A DNA stretch of 64,000 nucleotides from Macrostomum lignano (GCA_002269645.1 NIVC01000759.1:124001-188000), one strand, 5' to 3'. Shown: positions 24,422 through 38,300, counted from the first letter of the stretch. Notes: generated by a model from the letters alone, not told the origin. Program-made: numbers and translations.

Positions 24422-26377
24422 ATGACGCACTCGTTAGCGTTCAAGAATCCTAACAATCTTTACCGAACTGAGACTTTCTAGTCACACTGATTGGCACATT
24501 TTGCACCCTACATACATTACTGGCCTTTTGCCTCCACAGTATTGATTTTTTCCAGTCAATTTTTGCTTATTAATAACTAATCGATCGATGATTTATTTGC
24601 ATTGTGCTTTGGATAATTTTTTAGCTGTGTTGTCTCTGGTGCAACTTGAAAACTGCTTAACGTGGATAATCAGCTTCAACAATGAATCTTTATAAGCCTT
24701 ATGTGCGCCTGCTTGCCTATTATAAATATACAGAACCAAGGCCCAGTTCTGATAATGGCCTCGCTTGCTAGTAGTGCTATAGAGATGGCCCAGCAGTGCT
24801 TTCGGTCCTGTTGAATGCTTTCCGGGGCATCGAGGAATCCGTTCGAGAAATCGCGAGGCGAGATTTCCTTGCACCAATCACATCCAATTTCACTTGAGCT
24901 TGAGCTGGCTATCTATCATTATGGATGGCGGTCCAATAAGACTTGTCGAATTACATTGTTAATGCTTAATGCACCAGACAATAAACTGGTTTCGATCTTG
25001 TCTGGTTCGTCCATCAAATTACGGACGGATTTATTCCGTCAAGTTTAACGATAAATCTCCAGTTGTTGCGAAACCAGCCTAAATGAATGACACCTTGTCC
25101 TTGGACCCGATGCTTATTGAAAGGAATGCTAATTCTGGAATTCTTTAAAGCTAAAGGCAGTAGCATCGCATTTTACTCGTGTCTGCTAAGACGAAATATC
25201 AAGAAAAAAAGTCTCAAAGTTTGTGATAGAAAACTATTGTCCAGCCGCACTGAGAATCTTCCGCCGTTCGTCTTGCAACCCGCAGTTTTATTTCAAATTA
25301 AACTGTCCCGTCTTTCATCAGGCATAGAAGAGTATTCAGTTTTGTGGATAGTTTCAGATTCTAAAATTAAAGAATAACAAAAAATATTTTGGGCGTTTTC
25401 GAAAAGAATAATTCAAAGCCAGAAATTCCAGATATCAAGAAGATGCCGCTCAGTTCACAGTCAAATATACTACTCTTAGCGTACTACTGTCAACAGCTGA
25501 TCCATTTCTGCTTTCTGCACTGTTTCTAAGGTGAATCTTTGGGCCTTCAGTCGATGAAAAAAGTCTTAGCGCGGAGTTAATGGTATATAGAAGCTCAGGA
25601 GTGGCTAAAAAATAAAAAATATGGATTCAAACAGTTTATAAGTTTATAAAATTTTCAGAGTTTTGCTTGCATTGAGGAGTAACTCGGAATAAAAGTTCAA
25701 AACACGAGTTGTTATCAAGAATGTTAACTACTACCGCTGTCTACATGTTTAGAAAAAACAATGAAGAGAGAGAAATACACTACAAAAATTTGTAATAATT
25801 TTAAATCGATATCGAATTCAATTTTGACAAACCGGACTTTAAAATTGGCTGTCAATATTTTTTCTAAAACGAGTTTTCAAGTTTAACCAATTTGCACTCT
25901 GTTATGACGGAACTCAAGCAGTTTGCATTTCGTCTGAGACGAAGACTAGTAAGTGCTCTCATAGAAGAGTAGCTATAGGAGCAAACCAGCAGTCATGCTT
26001 TGGCTCTCGGCAGAATTTAGGGGGTCGCTTAGATGTATTGGGCGGAACTGTATCCAGTGGTTGGCTTTTCCACCACTAGAAGTCTTGGGATATCCTATGG
26101 TCAAAATCAACAACAGTTGAACTATCAAAGTTCCAAATGGCCAACGTCTTTTCTGATATCGAGCTTTTATAAAAGAATCGGTTTGACAAAAAAATAAGAA
26201 ATTATATAAAAGACGAGGGGAAATTACACAAGAATAGCAAATAAAATAACAAAAGAAGCTGTAAAATAAACAAAAAAAATTCCATCGATAACATGTTTCC
26301 GATTTGTTTAGAAAAAAGTTGCCGTTTATCAAATTATCGATCAAAAGACACACCAGGACAAAGTAAAATCAAACTCT

Positions 26378-29300
26378 TCAATAAGCCAAAGCCTCCAGGT
26401 GAAGTCCCATTTCATCCAGTTTGTCAATTAAATCCAATGCATGCCTGGTCGAACCAGCATCTGTAATAAAATTTCAGTTTTTGTACATCACGAAGTACTT
26501 TTGCGGATTCCAGACATCCCTTAAATAAGTTTCGAAAAAATTACTAACCATTTGGTGTGTTCATTTCAATGTACTGTTCCTCACGAGTCGAACGGAACGT
26601 TGACTTCAATGACGAAAAGATCCTGTCAATGATCTGGAAAGCCTCTTGCTGCTGCTCGTCGTCGCTGGAGTTGGTCGCATCCGCATAGCTCTCATTCAGC
26701 AGAACCACAAAGATGTTCAGCACTATGAACACGATCGTGAATGTGTAGGAGAAGAACAGGATCTTGTACAGTGCGCTGCGGCTGTCTTCAAAAGTGGCAT
26801 TGAACTTTCCCAGCATCACGGACAGCTGTGTGATCATCGTCTGCATCAGACTGCGGTACTCTCCGTCCACGGGTCCCAGAACCAGATTGGCGATGAAGGC
26901 GAAGGCCAAGAAGATTACGAGAAACACCCAGAAGAACGACCTCAGCTCCGACAGTGAGTTCCTCAGAGTGCCCGACAGGTGGGCCAGACTGCGAGAGTAG
27001 CGGACCAGGTTGAGAAAGCCGATCTGGACAAGGAACATGGCGATGCCGAGGCAGTAGTAGAACGACTCGTCGAAGAACATGACAGTTTCCAGATTGCCAG
27101 AGTTGGAGTTCTGCATGGACTCCAGGGCTGCAACTGTGGCGAAGCTGCGCAGCAGAAGAAACACGAGGCCGGCAATCATGGTGAGGTTTGTGAGCAGGTG
27201 CGACACATTCCACGGATTGGAGAAGTGTTTTGAGAAGCCCTGAAGCCAACAAGACCGCAGTTGCAGTAGCAGCAGTACCAGAGTGATTGCAGCGGCCAGC
27301 AGCTCAGCAAACAGTCGAAGGGCTCCGCTGGCGCCGATGTACCGGTAAAGGCTCGTTGATCGCAGACTGGCGGAGCTCAAGGCACCGCCGAACGGAGGCA
27401 GCTCGGTCAGGATGGACACGGATGTAAAGAAGTTGGTGTCAGGGTAGAACAAGCTGCATTCAAGCAGCACTGCTCGTGTGTAGTTATCAATCCAATGGCA
27501 ATGCGTGGCCTCTTGCAGGAGCGAGAGGGCTTTGGAGAAGTTGTTTGGCAGGTCGAGCACGTAGCCCCTTCCGCTGTATGAGTTGTACGTGCCCCATGTT
27601 GGCCACGGGGTGACCGTTCTGGCGTGGAATGCAGCGTCAAGGCCGCTCCCAGTGTGGTTGCAGGGCAGTTGGGTGCGCCAGCCGATGCCGTAGCAGCTGC
27701 GATCCTCAGTGCTCGCACTGTACTCGGCAGACACTGCCAGAGAGACGCGCCACACGGGACGCACCCTGAGCTGTCGCAGCTTCACGCGACCCAACCGAAA
27801 GCCAACACCATCGGAGATGAACTTCTGCTCAGCTTCACTCAATGGTTGGCCATTCGCAGCCACAGTCGGATAGAGATTCGGTAGAACCGTGTGGTTCAGC
27901 CAGGTGTGAATGTCCTCCCACTTCTGCACCTGGAGTTCGTCAGGGAAGTGCAAACATAAGAAAACAGTGAAAGAAAACAGCTAGCACAGCTCTTATCCCA
28001 ATATTGCAAAAAGGGCCTTATTGCAAACCTTGTCAAGGCTGAACTGAGGACTCGGCTGGTTCACGGTAAGCCGCATCTTCAAGCCGTTGTTCAGGTGAAA
28101 CACGACCGGATCCATGGAGCCATAGCAGACGCAGTACAAAAGGAACAGGTACGCAAGGTTCAGGCCGATGCTGATCGCTGTTGACTTTGCCTTCTTGCGG
28201 AGTGCGTCGTTCGACTGCGATGCGAGGACGTCTTGGAGAAGCATGAACTTCTCTGAAATTTGATGAATAATAACATATTTCTACAGCATAAAAGAAAGTA
28301 TTTCAGAACACTCAAAATCTCACCTCGACCGTCATGAACCTCGCGAACTCGGACGCTGTGGGCATCCATGGAGTCGTAGTCCTTCCTCATCAGCAGAGCC
28401 AGCACCAACCCGACAGCCAACACTTTCAGCGGCTGGAGAAGCAACACCGTCTCAAAGAAGGAAAAGAAAAACGCAAGCAACCAGCCTTCCGACTTCTCCT
28501 TGCCCCAGTCCATTGCATAGAAGACAATGAACACGCCGGCAGTGAGCACACTTAAAACGAGAAGCACCCAACCAACGTACTGGCACCAGTGAGGCAGATA
28601 GAATTTAGAGATCCAGGTCTTCTCTTCCTCCTCAGACTCAGTCTCATCCTCGGTCGTCGCCGCATCGCTGTTGATGACGCGCCGACTTCGACTCGACTGA
28701 GGTCGGTACCGCTGCGCAGGTTCGATATGTTGCGGCTGTCGCTTGGACTTGAGAAACAGCAGGACAGTCGCCATGGACACGGGCAGCACTGTGAGCGCAC
28801 CGAGTATTGAAGTGATGAGGGAGCCGTAGGAAACCTTCACCGGTCCGATTCGGAAGGCCTCCGACGAGCTGTCGGCGACTTCGTACCTGCAGGAATCAGA
28901 CAGGGCAAATCAAGCACGAGGTTGATGGATTTCATTTTACTACTTGTACTCTTTATCCTCATTGTAAAAATGAGATACGTTAAAGTTGAATACACCAAGT
29001 TCGCTCATACCACATGGCATTGGCAATCATCGTCATGAAGAGTAGACTCCAGCACACTCCGAGACGCTGCAATCGACTGAAGTTTGTGTCCACTTTCCGT
29101 CGCAGCATTGAAAACCAGATGTGGTCATCCTGCATCCGTCTGCTCAGGTGATTGCGGACGAGGTTCTTTGAGAACTTGAGGTCGATCGATGAGGCGCAGT
29201 TGACAGCAGAGTCGATGCCCGGACTCAACCAGTCTTCAATCACAAAGATGTACTTGTTGTCATTGGTGCAGTCAGTGACGATCAGGCGACTGACGTACCA

Positions 29301-32300
29301 TCGGCCGGCACCGGACTCGGTCTTGTCAAATGTCAGACAGATGGATCGAATGTCACCCAGATGCGCTTTAGTCGTCATCAGGAAGTTGTCAACACCTCCG
29401 CTTTCAAAGTTCTGTAAGGTTCGAATTGTAACTAATCTGAAAATCAGTTTACCTTGAATCAAAAAATTCGGAAAGTAAAAAAACAAGAAGCTGACCCGTC
29501 TCTCTCCGTCATCCAGAGTTCTCAGTAGCTCGCTCGCATTCAGGCCTTTAACTGAGATGAAGACTCCAACAGGGACTTCATAGCCTCTTTTCGACCCGTT
29601 GAACACCTCAATTTTGTAGACGAAGCCCTTCTGCTCCCGCTCGTCTTTCAGGGGCAAAAATTGAAACTGAAATGAAAGACGACTCACAGTAAGTCAACTG
29701 GTTTACAAGACATAAAACACGACTCATCAGAGCTGGGCTGACTGCTCACCTTCTGTGCGTCCCGCAGGTCCATTCGTCTCAGTAACACTGCCAGAGGAAT
29801 GAACAGAACCCACAGAACGATCACAACAGACAGCACTGCCCTGCTTTCGCTCAGCTTGCCCTGCCAGTTTTCGAACAGCTCGCCGAAGTCGATCGTGTTG
29901 GGCACGAATGAGATTCCAGCTCCGATGCTGCCGAATAGGTTCACCTTGAAAGCCGGCATCGCCACCGCCGTCTGCTCGCTTGCCTGAAAGTTAGAGTGAT
30001 CGATTTGCAAATCAGACTCGAATTCTAGCTCTAAAATTGTGATCTCGACTGTCACTTAAGTCGTCTTACCTGGCACTTGGAGCTATCCAACAGGCGCCAC
30101 TTGTCGACCCCGCTGTCCCATGCGTAGCACTGTTGAGTGGAGATTCCCAGATGATACAGCAAGGTGCAGTTGCTGCAAGTCAGTGAGCCAGACGAGTCCC
30201 TTGAGCAGCCGAGCTTCCTCACTCCTACGAACACCGTTTGGTTAATTGAGAACATATCAGCTGGAATGAAAATCAGCTCCTTTGTTGCGGTGTCATTGTC
30301 GAGTTGAGTGACTGCGGCACTACTCGGTGGAGAGTGTAGTTAAGAGGATCTGGCGCGGTGCCTTCGTGCAGGAAAACTTCGAGCTGATGTCCAGCATCGG
30401 GTTGGATGACGAGCTGGACGACCTCTCCTGTTGCATTGAAGCTGTGATACATCATGAGCCACTTGTCAGTGGGAGTCTTAGCCACTCTGAGCAGCGGTAC
30501 CTGAGCTCCGGCCAGCTGCATCTCATAGGTCGGAGAAGAGGAAGCTGACCGCCTTGATCGCCCACGGGATGGTGGAAAGTCGTAAAAGCTGCATCCTTGC
30601 GATCGTCCACGAAGGAAAGACGTTGTGACTTTGGACTCCGACTGGCTCCAGTGGTACGGATCGGCTGCGCTCATCATGAATGTGATGTTGCATTTGCCGG
30701 ACGGATCTGCCGCGCTGAACCTGGGCAGTGAGACGCTTCCAATATCAGTTCGGATTTTCGCACCTGTAACATTCCCATTAGTTGTGTCCTGTGAGACGCC
30801 TGCAAGTACGAATCCGGGTCGAATTTGAGTGAACTGATCGACCAACTTCAACTGAAGAAGTGCGATGGTGTCGATACAGTTCAGAGTTTTTATCATGATT
30901 CGCTTTACGGAGTCGCGATCGGTGTAGTTATCGGCATAGAAGACTGATGCATTCCAGATACTGAGGCCAGCATCAATTAGTTGGTCTGGAATGTCTTCTT
31001 TTTCTTGTGGCGAGAGATTATTTATCTTTTCGAAGGCTTCATCGCTGAGTTTTGACAAAATCTCAGCGGCGATCTCCTAAAATAAGAAAGATTTTCGTTT
31101 TTGTATTGTAGCTCGTATTTAACAAATCATTTGACTTCATAGATATTTTGAGTGTCTTTGCTGTCGTCTCTTTTGCAATTAATAGAAAATGTTTGCAGAC
31201 AACCATTGGCGTCTGCAAAATGGATTTTGACTTAAAAACACAATATAGTCATCAGCTTAATCCCCATACGCAAAAAAATTGTGAACCGCGAAAAGGGACT
31301 AGTTATTCGAGGTAAGGTATAATGAAATGAGAATTTTCGCTTGCTTTTCGAGCCATGTTAATCTTGCTTCTTCATATTGCTTCTGATCATCAAAGTCATC
31401 ATTTTGTTTGAGCCAGACTGATTGCGGTAGTCAAAAAGCTAAATTGGTTGCAGATCAATAAAATTCGACATGCAGATTTGCCAAGTTCAACTGTAGAATA
31501 CGAAAAAGAATACCTTTGGGCATCGCATTCTTGTTGGGTTCTCAAAAACGCCTCTTTCACTGCTAAGGTGAGATGGAATACTATTGTATCGATATTTGGA
31601 CGAACCAAGTGACTTCATCCTTAACTGAACCGTTTAACCATTTAAAAAGCTTCAGTTTATCCAAACATGCTTTTTTAGATGGTGTTTGACTGAATTTAAT
31701 ACCAAGTGTAGCTATTTTTCGGTTAACTATTGATGCATCGTTTGCATGTGTCCAAAGGGCCTCAAATTTTTGGAATATAAGAGCTTCGCTGAAAACAAAC
31801 GAGAAATGTCTGTCTTACCTGACCAGCAATGTCCAGCTGCGAAGGAATTTTCACTCCATGCATCAGCAAGCCGGATGTGATCCCGAGTCCAGAAGTTGTA
31901 TTTAAAAAAACAGGGATGAAGCTAAGAAACTTCCAACGGAGCTGAAATTATTAATTTGCTACCTATCTTGAACAGGTTTTTATATCAGGATAATGTAAAT
32001 CGATAATAAAAAATCTTAAGTTTGATCAGCTCTAAAATTGATTATCAAGCTCAGCTTAAAGGTAATTATTTTTATTGTTTTTTTGTTATCCCATGTTATC
32101 CTGTTTAACTCCTGGAATACCTGAACTTTGATTTCTGCTGGTGACCGTAAAACAGTTTTACCTCTGAAATCTTCGCAAGAAAACTTCCTTCAACGTCCTC
32201 TTCGTAAGAATCTAGCAGCAATGCAACTGATTGCATGGCAACTAAAGCCGCCTCGAGGTCGCCAACTGAGATATGCTTTGCTACAATTGAACTGTTGCCA

Positions 32301-35300
32301 CTCAATAGGTTTTCCAACATTGCTGTCAGCTCGCTTGTTGACAGAGCCAGTTTATGGATCTAAGGATTGCATTAGTGCGGTAAATTTCTTTTTATAGTCA
32401 GTCAGAAAAGAGGGAACTCAAATGTAAGAATAATATATTTACATACTTACCGAGAAGGTAAAATTGTAGTATTGCTGCGCTCCAAATGAATCTGAAACTA
32501 CGAATTGAACAACAGCCCAGCTACTGTCACCCAGCGGCAGCATCACTCTTGGACTAACAGCATTCGTCGAGCTGAATAAACTGTAGCGCTTGCCAGATTG
32601 CGGTAAAATTAGCATTGATTCGTAAAGTAGGGGAGCCACCGCTGCGCCGAACTCCGTCCAATTTTTGCATAGCAGCTGCACATTTGTCTTTCTGGAAATT
32701 ACTGAAGAAATTCATTGATTTTTTATTAGCTCTGTTTCATTTACTGAAAAAAAGGAAAAAAATTAAAACTTTTCGAATGTCCCCTTATACCTCCAGGAGG
32801 ATCCACGCGACAGGTACCACCTACTGGAGGCCCATTCACGGTTATGTTGGCAACAAGGTTTGAAATCTCTTGACCCAGATTCCACAGCTGTCCCATCACT
32901 CTGTAGTAGGAGCTCTCCATCAGTGTGCCAGCCGAAATCGAGAGCTCCTGGCCATCGCTGCTTGACTGGCGAGTTCCCTCGATCTCGTATCCGCTGACAC
33001 CGAGCCGAACAATCGTCAAGTTGCTGCTCACGGTAAAGAACTTGTGGCCACAGTTCTGCTCGCACACAAGTCTGTAGACAAGCGGCCTCTTGGCGACAAC
33101 TTTGGCTCCGCAGTTCTGCTCGCAATCAAGTCGGCCTACAGGCTTCGGCTGTGACTCAACAAACACAGTCTTTGATTGCCAAACCTCTCTGGTGTCTTTT
33201 GTAAGACGGACTCGGAACACATAGCTTGCGTTCGGAACAAGATCGAACGAGTTCACAGTGAGGGATCCCGCAATGGATGCGTTTCCCAAGTACACGACAC
33301 CGGGTCCGTTACCGAAGCAGCCTCTCAGTTCCGAGAGCGCTCTGGCTTCAGTCTGCGATGGGATGCTGATGGTGTTGGCTGAGTCTGACTCTTCAGGTCT
33401 GAAGCAGCTCCACTGAAACGTCATGCCGCTAAGATCTCCATCTTCCACGTCAAAGTCCGTGGCCGTCGCAGACGCATTTAGCACGAAGGTCTGATTGAAT
33501 GAAACATATTCCGGACCAGTAATAGCTTCTAGACTCAATGGAGTCTTTGAGACGTTCAGCAATATCCACGCAGTCTCTGCCATAGCAGCATCCACAGTCA
33601 GCTCGGCAGTGAATGAGACATTGTACAGCCCGTATGGCAACACCCGACGCTGAACCAAGCACTGATCGGAGTTGTCAGTGCACAGAGGAAGTTCGATAGA
33701 TGATTGTACAGCAATGATGGTCCAGTATGTGCTGATGTTGGTCAGCTTGGAGCAGTTGTATGGCGCCACGGCAGTAAGGTTAACCTGCTCGGACCTTCTC
33801 TTTGTCAGCACTGATGTCACTTGCAATGGAGATGCGTCCAAGTCAAACAGTCTCAGCCTTGGCTTGTAGCAAGGGATGTCAATCACGGTTGCGAATGTTT
33901 GCGCCGAGTCATTGCTCACGTTGTTAAAAGCGAAAACAAAAACGGGTATCACGCCAACAACAGGGAAAACGCGTTTCCATTTGATCTGTAGGTCGTTTTG
34001 AGTAATTATTGTGTAAGTCGCGTTATTTCTTGTTGCGATCGACCGACACGATTCTGATACACCAAATATCTCGTTCGGATTTTCTGAAGCATTGTAGTAT
34101 ACTTCAATGCATGTTTCATAAGCCACTCTAGTCATGTCAAGCATGAATTCGGTCGGCATTCCGATCCAAACCGTTCGGTTTGTGCTGAGGTTGGCTATTC
34201 TTACAGAATCAAGCAGTAAATTAAGGGAAAAGTTTGCTGTTACTCCATTGACACAGACAGGACTTCTGCACCACATGCTTACAAGTTGTATTCCGATTGC
34301 CTCAGCTGGGTACTGGAAAGAGACCGATATATTAGAGCTACCAGTCAAACTCTGAGCAAAAATTCGTTTGGAGCCAAATATAGAAAATTGAAAATCACAT
34401 AAAACAAGTCCTGCTTCCATCGATGGTAAATTGTTAAGAACAAACTGGACCATTTCGTAGGGCCAAAGAACGCTTTGTCTGTAGGTGACGGATACGTTGA
34501 TCAGTGGATTCAAAACAACGATTGGGTTGATCTGAGCTGTTTTCCAACTCACTGGGTTCGAGGCGTTGACTATAACAGTGTAGTTTCCTGCAGTTGAGTA
34601 CGAGTGCGCCAGCACAATCTCATTGCTCGAGGCGTACTTGCTCGGGTGAAAGGTAACACTGTTTGGGGTGGAGTCACCAAATCTTGTTGTCAATTCGACT
34701 GAAGTTCCATTGGACACTCGTATGGTAATACTCAAGTTTTGACCAGGCTGGACAAACACGTGACTGGCATTGGCTGTAAGTCCTGACACTGGCTCATTGC
34801 ACACCACTGTTGAGTTTTTGGCGTACTGACTCACTAGATTCCAGCAGCGAACTGACAGAGTCATTTCCTCAGCGATGAGGTTCGGAGGACACTCAAGAGT
34901 CACAGTTTCGGTGGATTTTGATGCTGAAACGTTTTGGAACTGATTCAGTAGACTGAACTCTGGTCCTGCAGCAAGGTTAACTTTGCAGCTCACATTTGTA
35001 GGTACTGCTCCGGTGTGGGTCACCGGAAAGTAAATGGTCGGCGTTGCGGCATGAAAATATGCCGACTGAGCCACTGCAGCGATAGGATTCTGCACAATAA
35101 TTCCTGATACAGTTGAGCTCTCGTTGTTCATTGGGCTAGAAGCCAGAACGTGAATGTCATAAACTCCAGGTGCATTGAATGTGTGGGTGATGTTAATGGG
35201 CTGTGCATAGGACACAGGCTCAGGATGCACAATCACTTGGCTTGTACCATCAGTCATTTTCACCGTGTAGGTGACATCAGTACCATTTTGAACAGTGAGC

Positions 35301-38300
35301 TGCAGTGGAAACTGCTCACTTGTGAGCAATACAGATTTATTGATTTTGATTTCAACGCCCTCGATTTCAAATGGTGTGTAGAGCCGAAGCTCAAAGTTTT
35401 TCGAGTACGCACCACCTGTGTTCGTGCAGCGAACATTTGATGTAACAACCGATTTTCCAGGTTCATAAATGTAAGAAATGCTTGGTGGTTCGTCATAATA
35501 AATAAAAAAATTGGAGTACGTCTCTTTTCTGTTCGAATAGAGTGTAACTGTGCATGTGACTTTGAGAAACGATCCTGGCTTCTCATTTACGAAACCAAAA
35601 AAGAAAGTCACATTGTTTGGAGCTGGTAAACGTTCGTAATACGCTTCAACTTTAAGTGCCGCTGCTGGTGCAGGACTGACAAGAAAAGTTCCATTCGCAT
35701 TGAACTCACTAATATTACTTCGGCAGTAAACATTGTAGCTGAATTCCCGATATTGGCCGGAATATAGATAGGTGATACTTATATTTTGTCCTCTGAAGCT
35801 GTCCAAAGAACCATTTTTCCTCCAATTCCAAGTAGTATTTATGCTCTCTTCAAGTGAAATGTCGCAATCAACGTATGTTCCATATTTCCAACTAATCAGA
35901 AATGTGTAGCTCTTGTCTGGTAACACAACCAACTCATTTGTTATTGTTTGGTTAATGATAGGGAGACCTGAAAGATACATAGGATAAATATTTAACTTGA
36001 ACAGAGCTACGATAACAACAACTGTACATAAATGTACGAGTATATCTTAAGTTTGTGTTGGATCCTTTTATTCTTACCTTCACGAATAAATGGTTTCGGA
36101 GCGTCGATACACCTTCTGTTGTTAGCCAAATTTTCATCAATAAAGCTTGGTGACACCCAGTTGATCATGTCTGCACAAATCGTCATGTTCCGGTGGGTAC
36201 TATTAATGCACTGGTCAAATTTAAGTATAAAAGCAACAGTGCACTGCATCGTCATTGTAGCACCAGATTGTAGACCCAGTTGAGTGTCCTTATCAGCGCA
36301 CTTTGCACTCTCCATTATCGAAATAACTGTGCCTAGGTCATCTGTGAAGTGCAGTGTAACATATGGCGAAAAGTTGATACTCGAAGAAACGACTGGATCG
36401 ATCCTCGAGCCGCCGGAATTTCGAACCAAAAACTCGATTGTCTCGTTGTGCCGGTATTCTGGGATCCAGGGATTAAATTTTAGGCCCGGAATCACCGTCA
36501 TTGCATCCAGGGAAATATCCGAAACTAAAATAATTGCAAAGTAACAGCGCTCGTAGAATTTTTATTATTTATTCCAAGCTGCATTTGTTTAAGGAATGTA
36601 AAAGCGAAAAAAGAATAAACTTACAGATATCACAGTAAGTTGCAACTGACTGACAAGCAATGTTATTGCTGAGGTATACCTCGGTGTAAGTTGAATTCAC
36701 AGAATTCCTAAACAAGATGCACAAGTGTGTTGTCGTGTTGCATTGGGTCTGATTAACTTCGAATTGAGGAGACTGAACGCTGAAAGAGAAATTGTCCCCC
36801 TGCGAGTAATGCGCCTTGAAAATTGCTTCGTTTGTGACCAGCAGGGGAATTTTCAAAACAGAGTCGTCAAGGCACCTCTGTATTAAGACATCATCTGTCC
36901 CAAAGCTCGTGCAGTCGCTCGTGACAAAGTGCAACGTCACGTTGAAGTTGACGTCGCTCGATAATTCCAGAATGGGGAAGCTAGCATTGTTGACGCGAAC
37001 TGTTAGGTTGTAGGCAACAACCACATTCTTGTGCCTTTCAATTGGGTTCGGAGTCAAACTCGTCAAATTAGCTTTTAGCAGCTCCGTGTCACATTCTGGC
37101 TGACAGGTTTTATAGCCATCGATATCCAAACAGAGTGCATTGTTGTTTGGGTTCATATCACGGACTGTTTCGTTCTCTGTAGCCAATAATCCTATGCATA
37201 GATAAGATGAAGACCAACACTGACCTCCCTTTGGTGTAACAAAGTCAGTAGAGATGTCAAACTCAAACTCTTCGTACAGTTTGTGACCAGCATGTAGGTC
37301 CCCTTGAATTAGCGTCACAGGGTTGTGCTTGAAGTAAAAGATCGGGTCAGCGGGAGGATAGACCGCTGACGATTTGTTGAGAAAGTACGTGAAGAAGTTT
37401 GCCAAAACTTTAGGCGGAGAGGAAGCTGGAATATCGGCATTTCCACGGAAATGCTTCATTCTTACGGTAGCTACATAGCGACTTGACATGCCTCTTATCG
37501 GATCTATTTCAAACGTAGCGTTTATAAAGATGACGCTCATGTCGATTGTAATATTGCAGACGGATAAACTCTGATCTGGTAGATTAGCACAGCTGCACTG
37601 TGGTGTGAGTAAATCTCCTCTTGGAACGCACGCTGTTCGGTTCTCACTAGAGCAATCAAAATCCGTAGTGCAGGGGTCACCTACATTACCAGGCTCGATG
37701 TCTGAAGTGGTGGAAAAGGACACAAAATGGCTCGTTCTAATACGTCAAACAAAATTGAAAAACTAATTTTTCTTCTTTTTAAAGGCGTAAAACTAGGAAA
37801 AGAAATTACCATCTAGGATCATCTTCGGCGCAAACAGCCGCATTCGAACCGACACACCGCTGTCGGCAGGCAGGTCTGGCATCCATCGAGGAGCTCCGTT
37901 CGAATCTGCTGCCAGCTTGATCAGATTTTTGCCATCGCACTGACTTTGCCACCACGGTGAGAGCGGCTGGGCACAAGACAGGTTTGAGAACAGGCCGAAC
38001 TGAGCGTTGTTCAGCTCAACAAAGGTGTACTCGTCCAGAGTTCCCGTCCGGCAGTCTTTCGCGTGCATCGGGTAGCCGCCCGCTCGAGACCCGACCCACC
38101 ACTCTTTGCACTCGACATACTTGCCGAGTCCCTGCGAGTTCGTGGCCTCCAGCCTCAGTGCCAGCGGCCACTGACTTGCAAAGTATGTCGGCAGCAGCTC
38201 GAGGAAGTCGAGTCCGGTCCAGAAGCTCATCTGGTCAGCTTGCGTGAAGTTGAAGTCCATGGCGGGTCGGTCCAGAGCGAATCCAGTGCGGTAGTCGACT

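Noticed and set aside
24450-26350. Short ORFs between the Crypton-like relic and polycystin copy 1
   Set aside because: No recognisable motifs, codon bias or coherent splice chain.
28990-29010. 9-nt indel between polycystin copies that seemed to change the protein (WYERTW vs WYE)
   Set aside because: The stronger donor TG|GTATGA lies upstream, so the indel is intronic and both copies splice to AMWYEVAD.
31077-31818. Extra coding exon in the longer copy 1 intron (ORF 31399-31608)
   Set aside because: Flanking exons already join in phase 0 as in copy 2, and no phase-compatible exon could be built with confidence.
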